From Actinomycetes bacterium (GTDB lineage: Bacteria > Actinomycetota > Actinomycetes > JACCUZ01), in contig DASVBJ010000128.1 in assembly GCA_036375895.1 (NCBI GenBank), forward strand, positions 1-55,310: 55,310 nucleotides of DNA. The letters are read 5' to 3'. The position numbers and the translations under genes were made by a program. The notes beneath the pieces were generated by a model. That model was not told the DNA's origin. It worked only from the letters and a program-made list of their open reading frames with translations, and made no database searches. Positions 1-8,974 of this stretch are shown here, one piece after another (position 1 is the first letter of the stretch; every line of letters starts with the position of its first letter).

Positions 1-1
1 G

Positions 2-235
2 CTGATGTTCCTGCAGGAGTACGCCCGGGCCCGGGCCGGCGCGGCCGGGCTGACCGAGGTCGGCGTGATCACCGTGTGGGAGCGGCCCACGAGGGTCATC
101 GTCACCGCGGCCTTCCTCGCGTCCGCGGCCCTGCTGGGCGAGCCGTGGGCGGCCCTGGGGGCCTGGGCCTGGGTTGGGCTGGGGGTCGTCGGGCTGGGCC
201 AGCTGCTGCTCGTCGTGCGCCGGCGGCTGCGCTGA
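2..235 (+). CDS. 3' end of a membrane protein truncated by the window edge; possibly CDP-alcohol phosphatidyltransferase family
   Basis: The frame is open to the window start and has hydrophobic C-terminal helices (VIVTAAFLASAALLG, AWAWVGLGVVGLGQLLLVV). TGA stop at 233-235. The family call rests on weak resemblance only. Confidence 0.3.
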   Translation: MMFLQEYARARAGAAGLTEVGVITVWERPTRVIVTAAFLASAALLGEPWAALGAWAWVGLGVVGLGQLLLVVRRRLR

Positions 236-265
236 GCCGCGCCGCGGCCGGCAGCCGGGTGACGC

Positions 266-1753
266 TTAGGCCGGGCCGACGAGGTCGGCGACGATCGCGG
301 CGGACAGGCCGACCAGGGGCAGCCCGCCGCCGGGGTGCGCCGAGCCGCCGACGAGGAACAGGCCCGGCACGGGGGAGCGGTTGGCCGGGCGCAGGAAGGC
401 CGCCGTCGCGCCGTTCGAGGACGTGCCGTAGATCGCGCCGCCCGGCGCCCGGGTCGCCTCGGCGAGGTCCGCCGGGGTCCGGACCTCGCGCCACAGCAGG
501 CGGTCACGCACGTCGAGGCCGCGCTCGGCCAGCACGGCGAGCACCCGGTCGGCGTACCCATCGGCCGGCCCCGGTGCCCGCCAGTCGACCGGCCCGTGCC
601 GCGGCGCGTTCACGAGGACGAACCACGCCTCGTGGCCGTCAGGCCGCATCGCGGGGTCGTCCGGGGCGCACACGTAGACCGTCGGGTCGGCGACCGGGGC
701 GGGTGCCCGGCCGAAGATCGCGTCGAACTCGGCGTCGTAGTCGCGGGGGAACAGGACGGTGTGGTGCGCCAGACCCGGGGTCCGACCGCGCAGCGCGAGC
801 ATGAGCACGAAGCCGGAGAGCGACGGGGTGGCGCGGCGCAGGCGCCGGGTGGCACGCCGGGCGAGGGCCCGGCCGTCACCGGCACCCAGCAGGTCGCGGT
901 AGACGTGCGCGGCGTCGGCGTTGGCGACCACGACGTCGGCGGCGATCCGCTCGCCGGTCGTCAGCGCCACGCCCGCGGCCCGGCCGCCCTCGACGAGGAT
1001 CTCGCCGACGTCGGCGTCGGTGCGCACGGTCGCGCCGCGTTCGACGGCCCGCTCGTGCACGGCGGTGGCCAGCCGGCGCAGGCCGCCGCGCACGTGCCAG
1101 GCGCCGAACGTCTGCTCGACGTACGGGATCACGGCCAGCGCGGCCGGCGCGCGCCGCGGGTCCGACCCGGCGTACGTCGCGTAGCGGTCGAGCAGCATCC
1201 GCTGCCGGGGGTCGCGGAGGTAGCGCCCGCCCAGGCCGCGCAACGACAGCCAGGGCGCGACCGTGCGCAGGTCGCGGGTACGCCGGGCCAGGCGGGCCAG
1301 GTCACGCGGCCCGTCGAGCGGGGACTCGAGGAACGGCCCGCGGGTGACCTGCCAGACCTGCTGGGCCCGGTCGAGGAGCCGCTCCCAGTCCGCGCCCGTG
1401 CCCGGGCCGAGCGCGCCGTCGAAGGCCGCCCGCATCCGGCCGCGCGAGGCATTGGGCGCGTCCATCCAGGTGCCGTCGGGGAACCGGTAGCGGCAGGCCG
1501 GGTCGACCTCCACCAGCTCGACCGACTCCTCGATCGGCCGGCCGGTCTTGATGAACAGGTCGCGGTAGACCGCCGGCAGGGTCAGCAGCGACGGCCCGGT
1601 GTCGAAGGTGAACCCGTCGCGGCTGAACGTGCCGACCTTGCCGCCGACGACGGGTGCCTGCTCGCACACGGTCACCCGGTGGCCGAGGGTCGCCAGCCGT
1701 GCGGCGGCGGCGAGCCCACCCATGCCTGCGCCGACCACCACGACCCGAGCCAC
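266..1753 (-). CDS. CrtI-family FAD-dependent carotenoid desaturase (phytoene desaturase/CrtD-like)
   Basis: N-terminal Rossmann motif VVVVGAGMGGLAAAARLATLGHRVTVCEQAPVVGGK is followed by DGFTFDTGPSLLTLP, which is typical of CrtI/CrtD. I placed the start at GTG 1753, just before the dinucleotide-binding fold. The ORF-track start at 1930 adds an Arg/Pro-rich extension that looks non-coding. Confidence 0.8.
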   Translation of the reverse strand: MARVVVVGAGMGGLAAAARLATLGHRVTVCEQAPVVGGKVGTFSRDGFTFDTGPSLLTLPAVYRDLFIKTGRPIEESVELVEVDPACRYRFPDGTWMDAPNASRGRMRAAFDGALGPGTGADWERLLDRAQQVWQVTRGPFLESPLDGPRDLARLARRTRDLRTVAPWLSLRGLGGRYLRDPRQRMLLDRYATYAGSDPRRAPAALAVIPYVEQTFGAWHVRGGLRRLATAVHERAVERGATVRTDADVGEILVEGGRAAGVALTTGERIAADVVVANADAAHVYRDLLGAGDGRALARRATRRLRRATPSLSGFVLMLALRGRTPGLAHHTVLFPRDYDAEFDAIFGRAPAPVADPTVYVCAPDDPAMRPDGHEAWFVLVNAPRHGPVDWRAPGPADGYADRVLAVLAERGLDVRDRLLWREVRTPADLAEATRAPGGAIYGTSSNGATAAFLRPANRSPVPGLFLVGGSAHPGGGLPLVGLSAAIVADLVGPA

Positions 1754-1855
1754 GGGCGCAGACTCTAGTTGTCGGTCACGGGGCACGCCCGTGACGGACC
1801 CGTGAGCCGCCGATGACCCTTGCCGGGCGTGCGGCTCGGCGGTTGTCCACAGAGA

Positions 1856-1873
1856 GCGTTTCCGCGGAAACGC
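1856..1873. promoter_or_regulatory. perfect 18-bp palindrome GCGTTTCCGCGGAAACGC in a divergent promoter region (candidate operator)
   Basis: Read directly from the sequence. It lies in the 325-bp gap between the minus-strand CrtI-like gene (start 1753) and the plus-strand hemerythrin-like gene (start 2079). Confidence 0.4.
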
Positions 1874-2078
1874 GTTGGGCCTGTGATGCGGTCGGGATCG
1901 GCACCTGACTCGGGGCCGAGAAGGCGGCACCGCGCCTCGTCGTCTTGATCGAGGGAGCCGTCGCTGCGGGTTCTGCCGAGATCGCCTCTTGCCTATTGCC
2001 GTGCCCCGTCCCGCTCGTCAGGATCGAGTCGTTGACCGGACGTGATGCCGGCGCGCGGCCGGCCGATGGAGGTGGGCC

Positions 2079-2726
2079 ATGACCACGACCACTGTGCATC
2101 CGGGCTGGCGGGTCCAACTCGCGGTCCACCGGGCGGTACGTCGGGACCTCCACCGACTCTCGGCGGCTCTCGAGAGCGGGGATGGGACGCGGACGCCGGC
2201 CATCATCGACTACTGGACCGTGACACACCACCAGCTTCACGAGCACCACGTTCTCGAGGACACCGTGGTGTGGCCGCTCATGCGGGAGCGGCTCGGCTCG
2301 GCCGTCGATTCACTCCTCGATCGGAACGCGCAGGAGCATCAGGACATGTCCGCGGCCATGGACCAGTTCGGCGCCGCCGTGGCCTCGATGACCACGGACC
2401 CGGCGGTTGCCCGCGCCGCCCTCGAGCACCTGGGCCAGGTGGTTGAGACCCATCTGGCGCATGAGGAGGCGGATGTGCTTCCGCTGATCCCGGACGCATT
2501 CACCATGGAGGACGTCGCGTTCTTCTCGGCCGAAGCGGCCATGACGAACCCACCGCCGGAGTTCTTGCCCTGGCTGCTGGACGATGCTCCGGAGGTTGAC
2601 GTCGCCTTCTTCACCGGGCCGATGCCGCCGCCTGTGCTGGAAGAGCTGCGATCGAGCTGGACGCCCCGGTGGCAGATGAAGGTCGATGCCCTGGACCCGT
2701 CAACGACGATCCCCTCCCAACGCTGA
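2079..2726 (+). CDS. hemerythrin (HHE cation-binding) domain protein
   Basis: His/Glu-rich helices follow the hemerythrin pattern (HRAVRRDL, HHQLHEHHVLEDTVVWP, QEHQDM, THLAHEEADVLP). ATG start is preceded by GGAGGTGGG. Confidence 0.7.
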   Translation: MTTTTVHPGWRVQLAVHRAVRRDLHRLSAALESGDGTRTPAIIDYWTVTHHQLHEHHVLEDTVVWPLMRERLGSAVDSLLDRNAQEHQDMSAAMDQFGAAVASMTTDPAVARAALEHLGQVVETHLAHEEADVLPLIPDAFTMEDVAFFSAEAAMTNPPPEFLPWLLDDAPEVDVAFFTGPMPPPVLEELRSSWTPRWQMKVDALDPSTTIPSQR

Positions 2727-2823
2727 AGGACCGCCAGCGCCGCCCGGTTCAGTGCGCGTGCGGCCCTGGATGGCGACGTCGTACCCGTCGGGCGGCTAAC
2801 ACGAAAAGCCGGCCCCTGTCGGG

Positions 2824-3201
2824 TCAGAGCGGGTCGACCCGGGGCTTGAGGATGCAGAACTCGTTGCCCTCGGGGTCGGCGAGGACCACCCAGCTCTTCT
2901 CGCCCTGGCCGATGTCGACGTGGGTCGCCCCCAGCGCGAGCGCGCGCTCGACCTCGGCCTCCTGGTCGCGGTCGGTGGCGTTGACGTCGAGGTGGACGCG
3001 GTTCTTCACGACCTTGTCGTCGGGTGTCTGGAGCAGCAGCAGCGTCGGCCCTGACCCGTCGGGCCCCTTGAGCTCGACGTAGAGGTACTCGCCCTCGAGG
3101 CTGGTCTCGGCGACCTCGTAGCCCAGCAGCTGCGACCAGAACTCCCCGAGGCGCACGGGGTCGTGGCAGTCGATGACGAGCTCGGTGAAACGGCTGGCCA
3201 C
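2824..3201 (-). CDS. VOC/glyoxalase-like domain protein
   Basis: 125-aa product VASRFTELVIDCHDPVRLGEFWSQLLGY...HLDVNATD...EGNEFCIL matches the glyoxalase-like fold pattern. GTG start at 3201. The upstream part of ORF 2824..3537 is Arg/Pro-rich and unlikely to be coding. Confidence 0.7.
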   Translation of the reverse strand: MASRFTELVIDCHDPVRLGEFWSQLLGYEVAETSLEGEYLYVELKGPDGSGPTLLLLQTPDDKVVKNRVHLDVNATDRDQEAEVERALALGATHVDIGQGEKSWVVLADPEGNEFCILKPRVDPL

Positions 3202-3274
3202 GGCGGGCTCTCCCTTCGTCGGTGTGCGGGAGGCTACCGGGCCGGGCCGACAGTTCCGACAGCTCCGCCGACCA

Positions 3275-4459
3275 TCAGGGGACCGGGCGCCCACGCGCCG
3301 ACAGGGTTCCCGCCCGCCGCCCGCGCATCGAGCCGGCGGTGAGCCACGCCAGCAGCAGCACGGATGCCGGGTGCGCCAGCGCGTCGGGCAGCCCGCGGGC
3401 CCCCACCCGGCGGTCGACGAGCAGCCGGCCGCCGACCGCGGCGAGGTACCCCGCGAGGCCCACCCGGGAGCCGCGCAGCGCCGCGACCGGCGGCACGACG
3501 TAGGCCAGCCCGAGCAGCCCCATGACGGCCGCCGCACCGGCGGGGGAGCCGAAGGCCGACCACAGCGACTTGTGGTAGCCGTCGCGCAGCGCCGGCCACC
3601 CGTCGTACATGCGGCAGGTCGCGACCCGGGAGCCGTCGACGGCGACGCCCCGCCCGCCGGAGCGCTTGACGCTGCGCAGCAGCGCGATGTCCTCGAGCAT
3701 CTCCGCGCGCACCGTCGCGTGCCCGCCGGCGCGCTGGTAGGCCGCGGCGTCGACGACGAGCAGCTGGCCGTTGGCCGCGGCGAGCGACGGACGCGGCGAG
3801 CGCTCGGCCAGCCGCAGCGGCAGGGTGGTGAGCCACGACCACTGCAGCAGCGGCTGGACCAGCCGCTCGGCGGGGCTCACCGCCACCTGCCGGGGGTAGG
3901 GCGAGACGAGGTCGAGGCCGCTGTCGCGCAGCAGCGTGACGGCGGCCGCGACGGCGTGCGGCGCGAGCACAACGTCGGCGTCGACGAACACCAGCACGGA
4001 CGGGGGGATCTCCGCGGTGAGCGCGGCCGTGGCCAGCTGCTGGCAGGCGTGCGGCTTGCCCCACCAGCCGGGCGGCAACGGCGCGCCGGTCAGCAGGGTG
4101 AGCCGGGGGTCGTCGCCGGCCACCCGGCGTACGACGTCCGCGGTCCCGTCGGTCGACCCGTCGTCGAGGACGAGCACCCGCAGGTCCGGTACGCCGGTCT
4201 GGGCGAGCAGCGAGCGCAGGCAGGGCTCGACCCGGCGGGCCTCGTCGCGGACGGGCAGCAGCACGGCGACCGGCTCGCCGACCGGTGGCGGGTCGGCGGG
4301 CGGGGTGCGCAGCAGCCGGAGGTTGGCGGCGGTGTGGGCGGTGCCGGCCGCGGCGAGCAGGGAGCCGGTCAGGGTCGCCGCCCGGGCGAGCCGCCGCAGC
4401 CCGCGCCGCTGCAGCCCGCGCCGCCGCAGCCTGGAGCCGCGACGCGAGCCGTGCCTCAC
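3275..4459 (-). CDS. family 2 glycosyltransferase (CruC/CruG-like carotenoid glycosyltransferase candidate)
   Basis: GT2 motifs VAVLLPVRDEA, VLVLDDGSTDGT and VFVDADV, with C-terminal TM helices. GTG start at 4459 overlaps the upstream stop (GTGA). Confidence 0.8.
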   Translation of the reverse strand: MRHGSRRGSRLRRRGLQRRGLRRLARAATLTGSLLAAAGTAHTAANLRLLRTPPADPPPVGEPVAVLLPVRDEARRVEPCLRSLLAQTGVPDLRVLVLDDGSTDGTADVVRRVAGDDPRLTLLTGAPLPPGWWGKPHACQQLATAALTAEIPPSVLVFVDADVVLAPHAVAAAVTLLRDSGLDLVSPYPRQVAVSPAERLVQPLLQWSWLTTLPLRLAERSPRPSLAAANGQLLVVDAAAYQRAGGHATVRAEMLEDIALLRSVKRSGGRGVAVDGSRVATCRMYDGWPALRDGYHKSLWSAFGSPAGAAAVMGLLGLAYVVPPVAALRGSRVGLAGYLAAVGGRLLVDRRVGARGLPDALAHPASVLLLAWLTAGSMRGRRAGTLSARGRPVP

Positions 4460-5241
4460 GGCCGGGACTGCCACAGCGACCACCCGTAGGGGAGCACGAC
4501 CACGCCCATCGCCAGCCCGCCGGCCAGCGCGACGGCGGGCGTGCCGAACCAGAACAGGTTGCCGACGATCGAGCCCGCGTAGGTCCAGAACAGCAGCGTG
4601 GCGGGCTGCGCCTCGCTCGCCCGGGTGCGGGGCAGCAGCGCCTCCAGCACGCCCATCATCAGGACGCCGACGAGCAGCCAGCCCGCGTAGTTGGTGAGCG
4701 GCACGTCGGGGATGCCCGGCAGCGACGGGTCCGGGTCCAGCCAGACCCACCGGCCGTCGTCGACCATCTGCGGGTCCAGGAACACGTCCCACGCGGCCAG
4801 CCCGAAGCCGCCGACGAGCGCGACGAGGCGGCGGCTGAGCCGTCGCGCCGCCAGGAAGAGCGGGTAGGCCATCATCGTCCAGGCCAGCGGCACCACGACC
4901 GGCACGTCCAGCACCTCGGGGCCCAGCGTGCCGGTGTAGCGGTACTCGCCGAACGGCACGCCGGTGCGGACGCCGACGGCCTCGGCGAGCAGCCCGCCCC
5001 CCGCGGTCACCACCACCAGGCCCAGCGCCCACAGCGCACCCCGGGTCGCCGCCGCGTGGCTCACCGAGGCCAGGAAGAACAGCAGGACGGACGCGATCGT
5101 GACCCGGCGCAGCGCCTCGCCCTCGAGCAGCGGGTAGGCGATCTGCGCGGCGACCGTGCCGGCCGCGAGCAGCCACGGCACCGCGACCGCCCAGCCGGCC
5201 GGGGACGGCCGGGACCCGACCAGGTCGTAGGCCCGGCTCAC
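4456..5241 (-). CDS. carotenoid biosynthesis membrane protein (CruF / DUF422-like 1',2'-hydratase family)
   Basis: 261-aa polytopic membrane protein containing VPFGEYRYT and AAWDVFLDPQMV, which resembles the CruF/carotenoid-synthesis membrane family. It sits between the CrtI-like and GT2 genes. Confidence 0.65.
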   Translation of the reverse strand: MSRAYDLVGSRPSPAGWAVAVPWLLAAGTVAAQIAYPLLEGEALRRVTIASVLLFFLASVSHAAATRGALWALGLVVVTAGGGLLAEAVGVRTGVPFGEYRYTGTLGPEVLDVPVVVPLAWTMMAYPLFLAARRLSRRLVALVGGFGLAAWDVFLDPQMVDDGRWVWLDPDPSLPGIPDVPLTNYAGWLLVGVLMMGVLEALLPRTRASEAQPATLLFWTYAGSIVGNLFWFGTPAVALAGGLAMGVVVLPYGWSLWQSRP

Positions 5242-5248
5242 GGCCTGC

Positions 5249-6805
5249 TCATCGCCGGCGCCCGCGATCGGCCAGCAGCACCCGGGCGGCAGTGCGGCCC
5301 GACGCGCCGAACACCCCGCCGCCGGGGTGGGTCGACGCGCCGGTCAGGTAGAGGCCGCGCACCGGCGTACGGTAGCCCGCCAGCTCGGGCAGCGGCCGGT
5401 ACATGAACATCGCGTCCAGCCCCATCTCGACGTGCATCACGTTGCCGCGGCGCAGCCCGAGCTCGCGCTCGAGGTCGAGCGGGGTCTGCACGTGCACGTG
5501 CTCGACGGTGCTCGCGAAGCCCGGCGCCGCACGCTCCACCTGGGCCACGATCTTGTCGGCCTCGCGCTGCCCGACGTCGTCCCAGTGCTCACCGCCGGCC
5601 AGCGCGTACGGGTGCCACTGCGCCCACGCGGTCACGTTGTGCCGACCGGGCGGCGCGATCGACGGGTCGATCGCCGAGAACGACATGACGAGCACGGCCG
5701 GCTCGGTGGGTGCCCGACCCGCCACGTACTCGCCGTACGCCCTGCGCAGGTGGGTGCGGCTCGGGGCGAGCAGCTGCATGGCGCCGTACGCCGAGCCGTC
5801 ACCCGCCGACGGATAGCGGGGCAGGTCGGTGGTGCCGAGACGCACCACCATGCCCAGGCCGTTGCCGACGCGGACGGCCCGGGTGGCCCGCGCGAGCAGC
5901 CGTTCGTCGCCGAGCAGCTCCAGGGTGGTCAGCACGTGGCAGCCGGCCAGCACGTGCCGGGCCGCGACGTGCTCGCCCGAGTCGGTGCGCACGCCCGTCA
6001 CCCGGTCGCCGGACCGGGTGATGGCGGCCGCGCCGTCGCCGAGGCGCACCCGGCCGCCGAGCCGGCGCAGCCGCTCCGCGAGCGCGCGGGTCAGCGCCCC
6101 GGAGCCGCCGACCGCCCGACCCGGGGCGACCCGGTGCAGCAGGGCCGCCCAGCCGACCAGGTCGGCGGTCGCCACCTCGTGGGTCGGCGGGCCGGACTGC
6201 GCGCCTAGCCAGGCCAGGGCGGCCTTGAGCCGCTCGTCGCCGAAGTGCTCGTCGAGCAGCTGGTCGCCGGGCTGGAGGAACTGCCGGGACATCTCCAGCC
6301 CGCCCACGGCGGCGGCCCGGCCGGTGCCCCACAGGTGGCGGCCGAGCCGGCCGGGGGTGGGGGCGTCCATGAACGCCTGGAACACCGCCTCGTTGCGGGC
6401 CGCCCAGTCGGTGACGAAGGCGTGGTAGGCCTCGGCGTCCCGGTGGCCGCAGAGGGCGGCGATCGAGTCGCAGGTGCGGTCCAGGCTGACGTGGAAGGTG
6501 ATCGCCCGCTGGTCGTCGGGGGGCCCGAACGGCGCGAAGCCCCACGGGTCCAGGTCGAGGTAGGTGAGCCCGCACTCGTCGAGGCGCAGGTCCTCGACGA
6601 TGCCGGTGTGGCGGACCATGATGTGCGCGCTGGAGCCCCGGTCGACGAGGTAGCCCGGCCACCGCTCGACGGTCGAGACGGCCCCGCCGAGCACCGGGTC
6701 GCGCTCGACCACCTCCACGTCGAGACCGCCCCGGGCCAGGTAGCAGGCCGCGACCAGCGCGTTGTGCCCGCTGCCCACCACGACGACGTCGCGCGAAGCT
6801 GTCAC
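5249..6805 (-). CDS. CrtI-family NAD(P)/FAD-dependent oxidoreductase (CrtO-ketolase/CrtD-like)
   Basis: VVVVGSGHNALVAACYLARGGLDVEVVERDPVLGGA Rossmann motif. The GHN variant is typical of CrtO-type enzymes. C-terminal GLYLTGASTHPGGGV. GTG start at 6805. Confidence 0.75.
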   Translation of the reverse strand: MTASRDVVVVGSGHNALVAACYLARGGLDVEVVERDPVLGGAVSTVERWPGYLVDRGSSAHIMVRHTGIVEDLRLDECGLTYLDLDPWGFAPFGPPDDQRAITFHVSLDRTCDSIAALCGHRDAEAYHAFVTDWAARNEAVFQAFMDAPTPGRLGRHLWGTGRAAAVGGLEMSRQFLQPGDQLLDEHFGDERLKAALAWLGAQSGPPTHEVATADLVGWAALLHRVAPGRAVGGSGALTRALAERLRRLGGRVRLGDGAAAITRSGDRVTGVRTDSGEHVAARHVLAGCHVLTTLELLGDERLLARATRAVRVGNGLGMVVRLGTTDLPRYPSAGDGSAYGAMQLLAPSRTHLRRAYGEYVAGRAPTEPAVLVMSFSAIDPSIAPPGRHNVTAWAQWHPYALAGGEHWDDVGQREADKIVAQVERAAPGFASTVEHVHVQTPLDLERELGLRRGNVMHVEMGLDAMFMYRPLPELAGYRTPVRGLYLTGASTHPGGGVFGASGRTAARVLLADRGRRR

Positions 6806-7114
6806 GGGCCGCGAGTCTAGGTGCGCGGTCCCCGGCGGGCAGCGACGTCGAGCGCGTCGTGCGGGCCGCCGGAATAGGACGGCCGGGGAAGTCGCTGTCC
6901 CCTGTGACGTCAGTCTCAAGTCGCCGGGGTGTGTACGTCACGTATCGTGGGTCCCAGCCCGTCAGGGGCAGGGACGTCGCGCACCTACGAAGACCAGCGG
7001 TCAAGATGGGTGAGCGAACCACCGATCCTGGGTAGGTATGACGCACGACTCCCGAACGGCGCCATCAGGCGCCGCTCACGCTGACACGAGGCCTGACTGC
7101 TGGAGACATCGCCT

Positions 7115-8005
7115 GTGACGACGATGCCGAAGATCGCCCATACTGTGCTCGGCCGGACGTGGGTCCGCGCCCTCATGCTCACCCTCGCGGCGGGCATCTC
7201 GCTCTGGAGCTTCCACCGGGTCCCGCACGCCTCGTGGCTGCCGGCCCTGCTGGGCCTGGTGCCGTGGGCGGTCGGCAAGTACGTGCTCTGCCCGATGCGG
7301 TGGCACGCGCTGTCCACCAGCGGCCAGCGGGCACGTTGGCACCTGCGGGTCTACGCCGAGAGCGAGCTGCTCGGGCTGGTCTCGCCCGGCCACGCGGGCG
7401 CCGACCTGTGGCGCATGCACAAGCTGCAGAAGACCGGGATGAACCGCACCTCGTCGGTGGCCGAGGTGGCCCTCGACCGGCTGCTGGGGGCCATCGGTCT
7501 CGCCGTGTTCGTGCTGGTCGCCGGTGCCACGCTGCCGCCGCAGGTGCTCTTCGCGGCGCTGGGCCTCGCGGGCGCGGTCCTCGGGGGTGTGTTCGTCGTA
7601 CGCCGGCTCCGCCCCGAGCTGCTGGCCGCCCGGCCCCTCCCGCACCCGCGGATCGTCGTCAAGGGCGTGCTGCTCTCGATGGCCTACCAGCTGACGATCA
7701 TGCTGATGCTGATGGGCACCATCGCCGCCATGGGCCACGACGAGCTGAACCCGCTGGCACTGCTCGGCGTCTTCGGCGCCAGCCAGGTGGCCGGCATCGT
7801 GCCCGGCGTGAACGGCGCCAGCCCCCGGGAGGGTGCGCTCGTCGTCGGCCTGGCCTCGCTCGGCCTGTCCTGGACCGCGGCGATCGGCGCCGTGGCGCTG
7901 ACGGCGCTGCTCGCCTGGCTCCCGGCCCTGCTGCTCGGCGGCGGCAGCTTCCTGCTGCACCGGCTGCAGCGGGCCCGGTCCGGCCCGGTGGCCGCGGCGG
8001 CCTGA
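7115..8005 (+). CDS. lysylphosphatidylglycerol-synthase transmembrane-region (flippase-like, UPF0104) family membrane protein
   Basis: 296 aa with about 8 TM helices. The conserved-looking segment LLGLVSPGHAGADLWRMHKL...VALDRLLG resembles the LPG_synthase_TM family. GTG start. Confidence 0.6.
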   Translation: MTTMPKIAHTVLGRTWVRALMLTLAAGISLWSFHRVPHASWLPALLGLVPWAVGKYVLCPMRWHALSTSGQRARWHLRVYAESELLGLVSPGHAGADLWRMHKLQKTGMNRTSSVAEVALDRLLGAIGLAVFVLVAGATLPPQVLFAALGLAGAVLGGVFVVRRLRPELLAARPLPHPRIVVKGVLLSMAYQLTIMLMLMGTIAAMGHDELNPLALLGVFGASQVAGIVPGVNGASPREGALVVGLASLGLSWTAAIGAVALTALLAWLPALLLGGGSFLLHRLQRARSGPVAAAA

Positions 8006-8151
8006 CCCTCCGGTCCCGCACCGTCGGGACCATCGCGCCGCGGGTTGGTGACCAACGGCCGAGGCGTCGAAAACAACCTGAAGTGACCATTGAGGTCGTG
8101 GTTGACTCGGCGTGACCGTGGACTGGTAGCCACGGGTTGTGGGGTGAGCGG

Positions 8152-8973
8152 ATGGCGGTCCACCGAGTCGTCCACGGGCCGGCGGCCCGACGCTGGCGGG
8201 CGGTCCCGCGCGAGCTCGTGATCGTCCTGTCCGGCGTCGTCGTCTACTTCGGCGTCCGCGGCATCACGGTGAGCAACGCGCACATCGCGCTCGACAACGC
8301 CCGCGACCTCGTACGGTTCGAGAAGGGCCTCGGCTTCTACTGGGAGCCCGAGCTGCAGGAGGTCGTCACCGGCTCGCAGGCCCTCATGACGTTCATGAAC
8401 TGGATCTACATCTGGGGGCACTGGCCGGTCATCACGGTGACGCTCTTGTGGCTGTTCCTCCGCCACGCGGAGGGCTACCGGCTCGTCCGCAACACCATGC
8501 TGCTCTCCGGTGGGGTCGGCCTGATCGTGTTCGCGACGTTCCCGGTGGCGCCGCCGCGGCTCGTCGGCCTCGGGCTGGTCGACACGGTCACGGAGTACTC
8601 CCACTCCTACCGGGTGCTGCAGCCGCCCGCGTTCGTCAACCAGTACGCCGCGATGCCGAGCCTGCACGTCGGGTGGGACCTGCTCATCGGCATCGCGATC
8701 TTCACCTACGCGAGCCACCTGCTGGTGCGCCTGATCGGCGTGGTGCTGCCGATGCTCATGACCGCGTCGGTCGTGCTGACCGCCAACCACTACATCATCG
8801 ACGCGGTGATGGGGTGCGCTCTCGTCCTGGCCAGCCTGGTCGTCGTACGCCGGTTCCGGTGGCCCTCCCGGCCGGAGCCGGAGCCGGGCGTGCCGCGCGC
8901 TGAGGCGCCGCCCGTGCCGAGCCCGCGCGAGGAGTCCCCGGACGGCTGCCGCGTCGGCGAGACCCGGCGCTGA
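8152..8973 (+). CDS. PAP2-superfamily membrane phosphatase / phosphotransferase (sphingolipid-synthase-like PAP2_C)
   Basis: Polytopic protein with MPSLHVGW and TANHYIIDAV motifs (PAP2 C2/C3-like SxH and HxxxD). ATG 8152 is preferred over the TTG at 8137. Confidence 0.65.
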   Translation: MAVHRVVHGPAARRWRAVPRELVIVLSGVVVYFGVRGITVSNAHIALDNARDLVRFEKGLGFYWEPELQEVVTGSQALMTFMNWIYIWGHWPVITVTLLWLFLRHAEGYRLVRNTMLLSGGVGLIVFATFPVAPPRLVGLGLVDTVTEYSHSYRVLQPPAFVNQYAAMPSLHVGWDLLIGIAIFTYASHLLVRLIGVVLPMLMTASVVLTANHYIIDAVMGCALVLASLVVVRRFRWPSRPEPEPGVPRAEAPPVPSPREESPDGCRVGETRR

Positions 8974-8974
8974 C

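Noticed and set aside
1769-1791. tTGTCGgtc match to the RecA-NDp core upstream of the hemerythrin-like gene
   Set aside because: The 8-nt spacer is followed by CGCCCG, not a TAnnnT -10. The TGTCGG also overlaps the inverted repeat at 1775-1795, so the match is probably coincidental.
3275-5176. 633-aa ORF suggesting a much longer glycosyltransferase, and similar long N-terminal extensions at 266..1930, 5249..6919, 13092..14429, 13898..15037, 24822..26723 and 29052..30446
   Set aside because: The extensions overlap the upstream genes in another frame, are Arg/Pro/Gly-rich, and precede the first conserved motif by hundreds of residues. Internal GTG/ATG starts that overlap the upstream stop codons give proteins of family-typical length.
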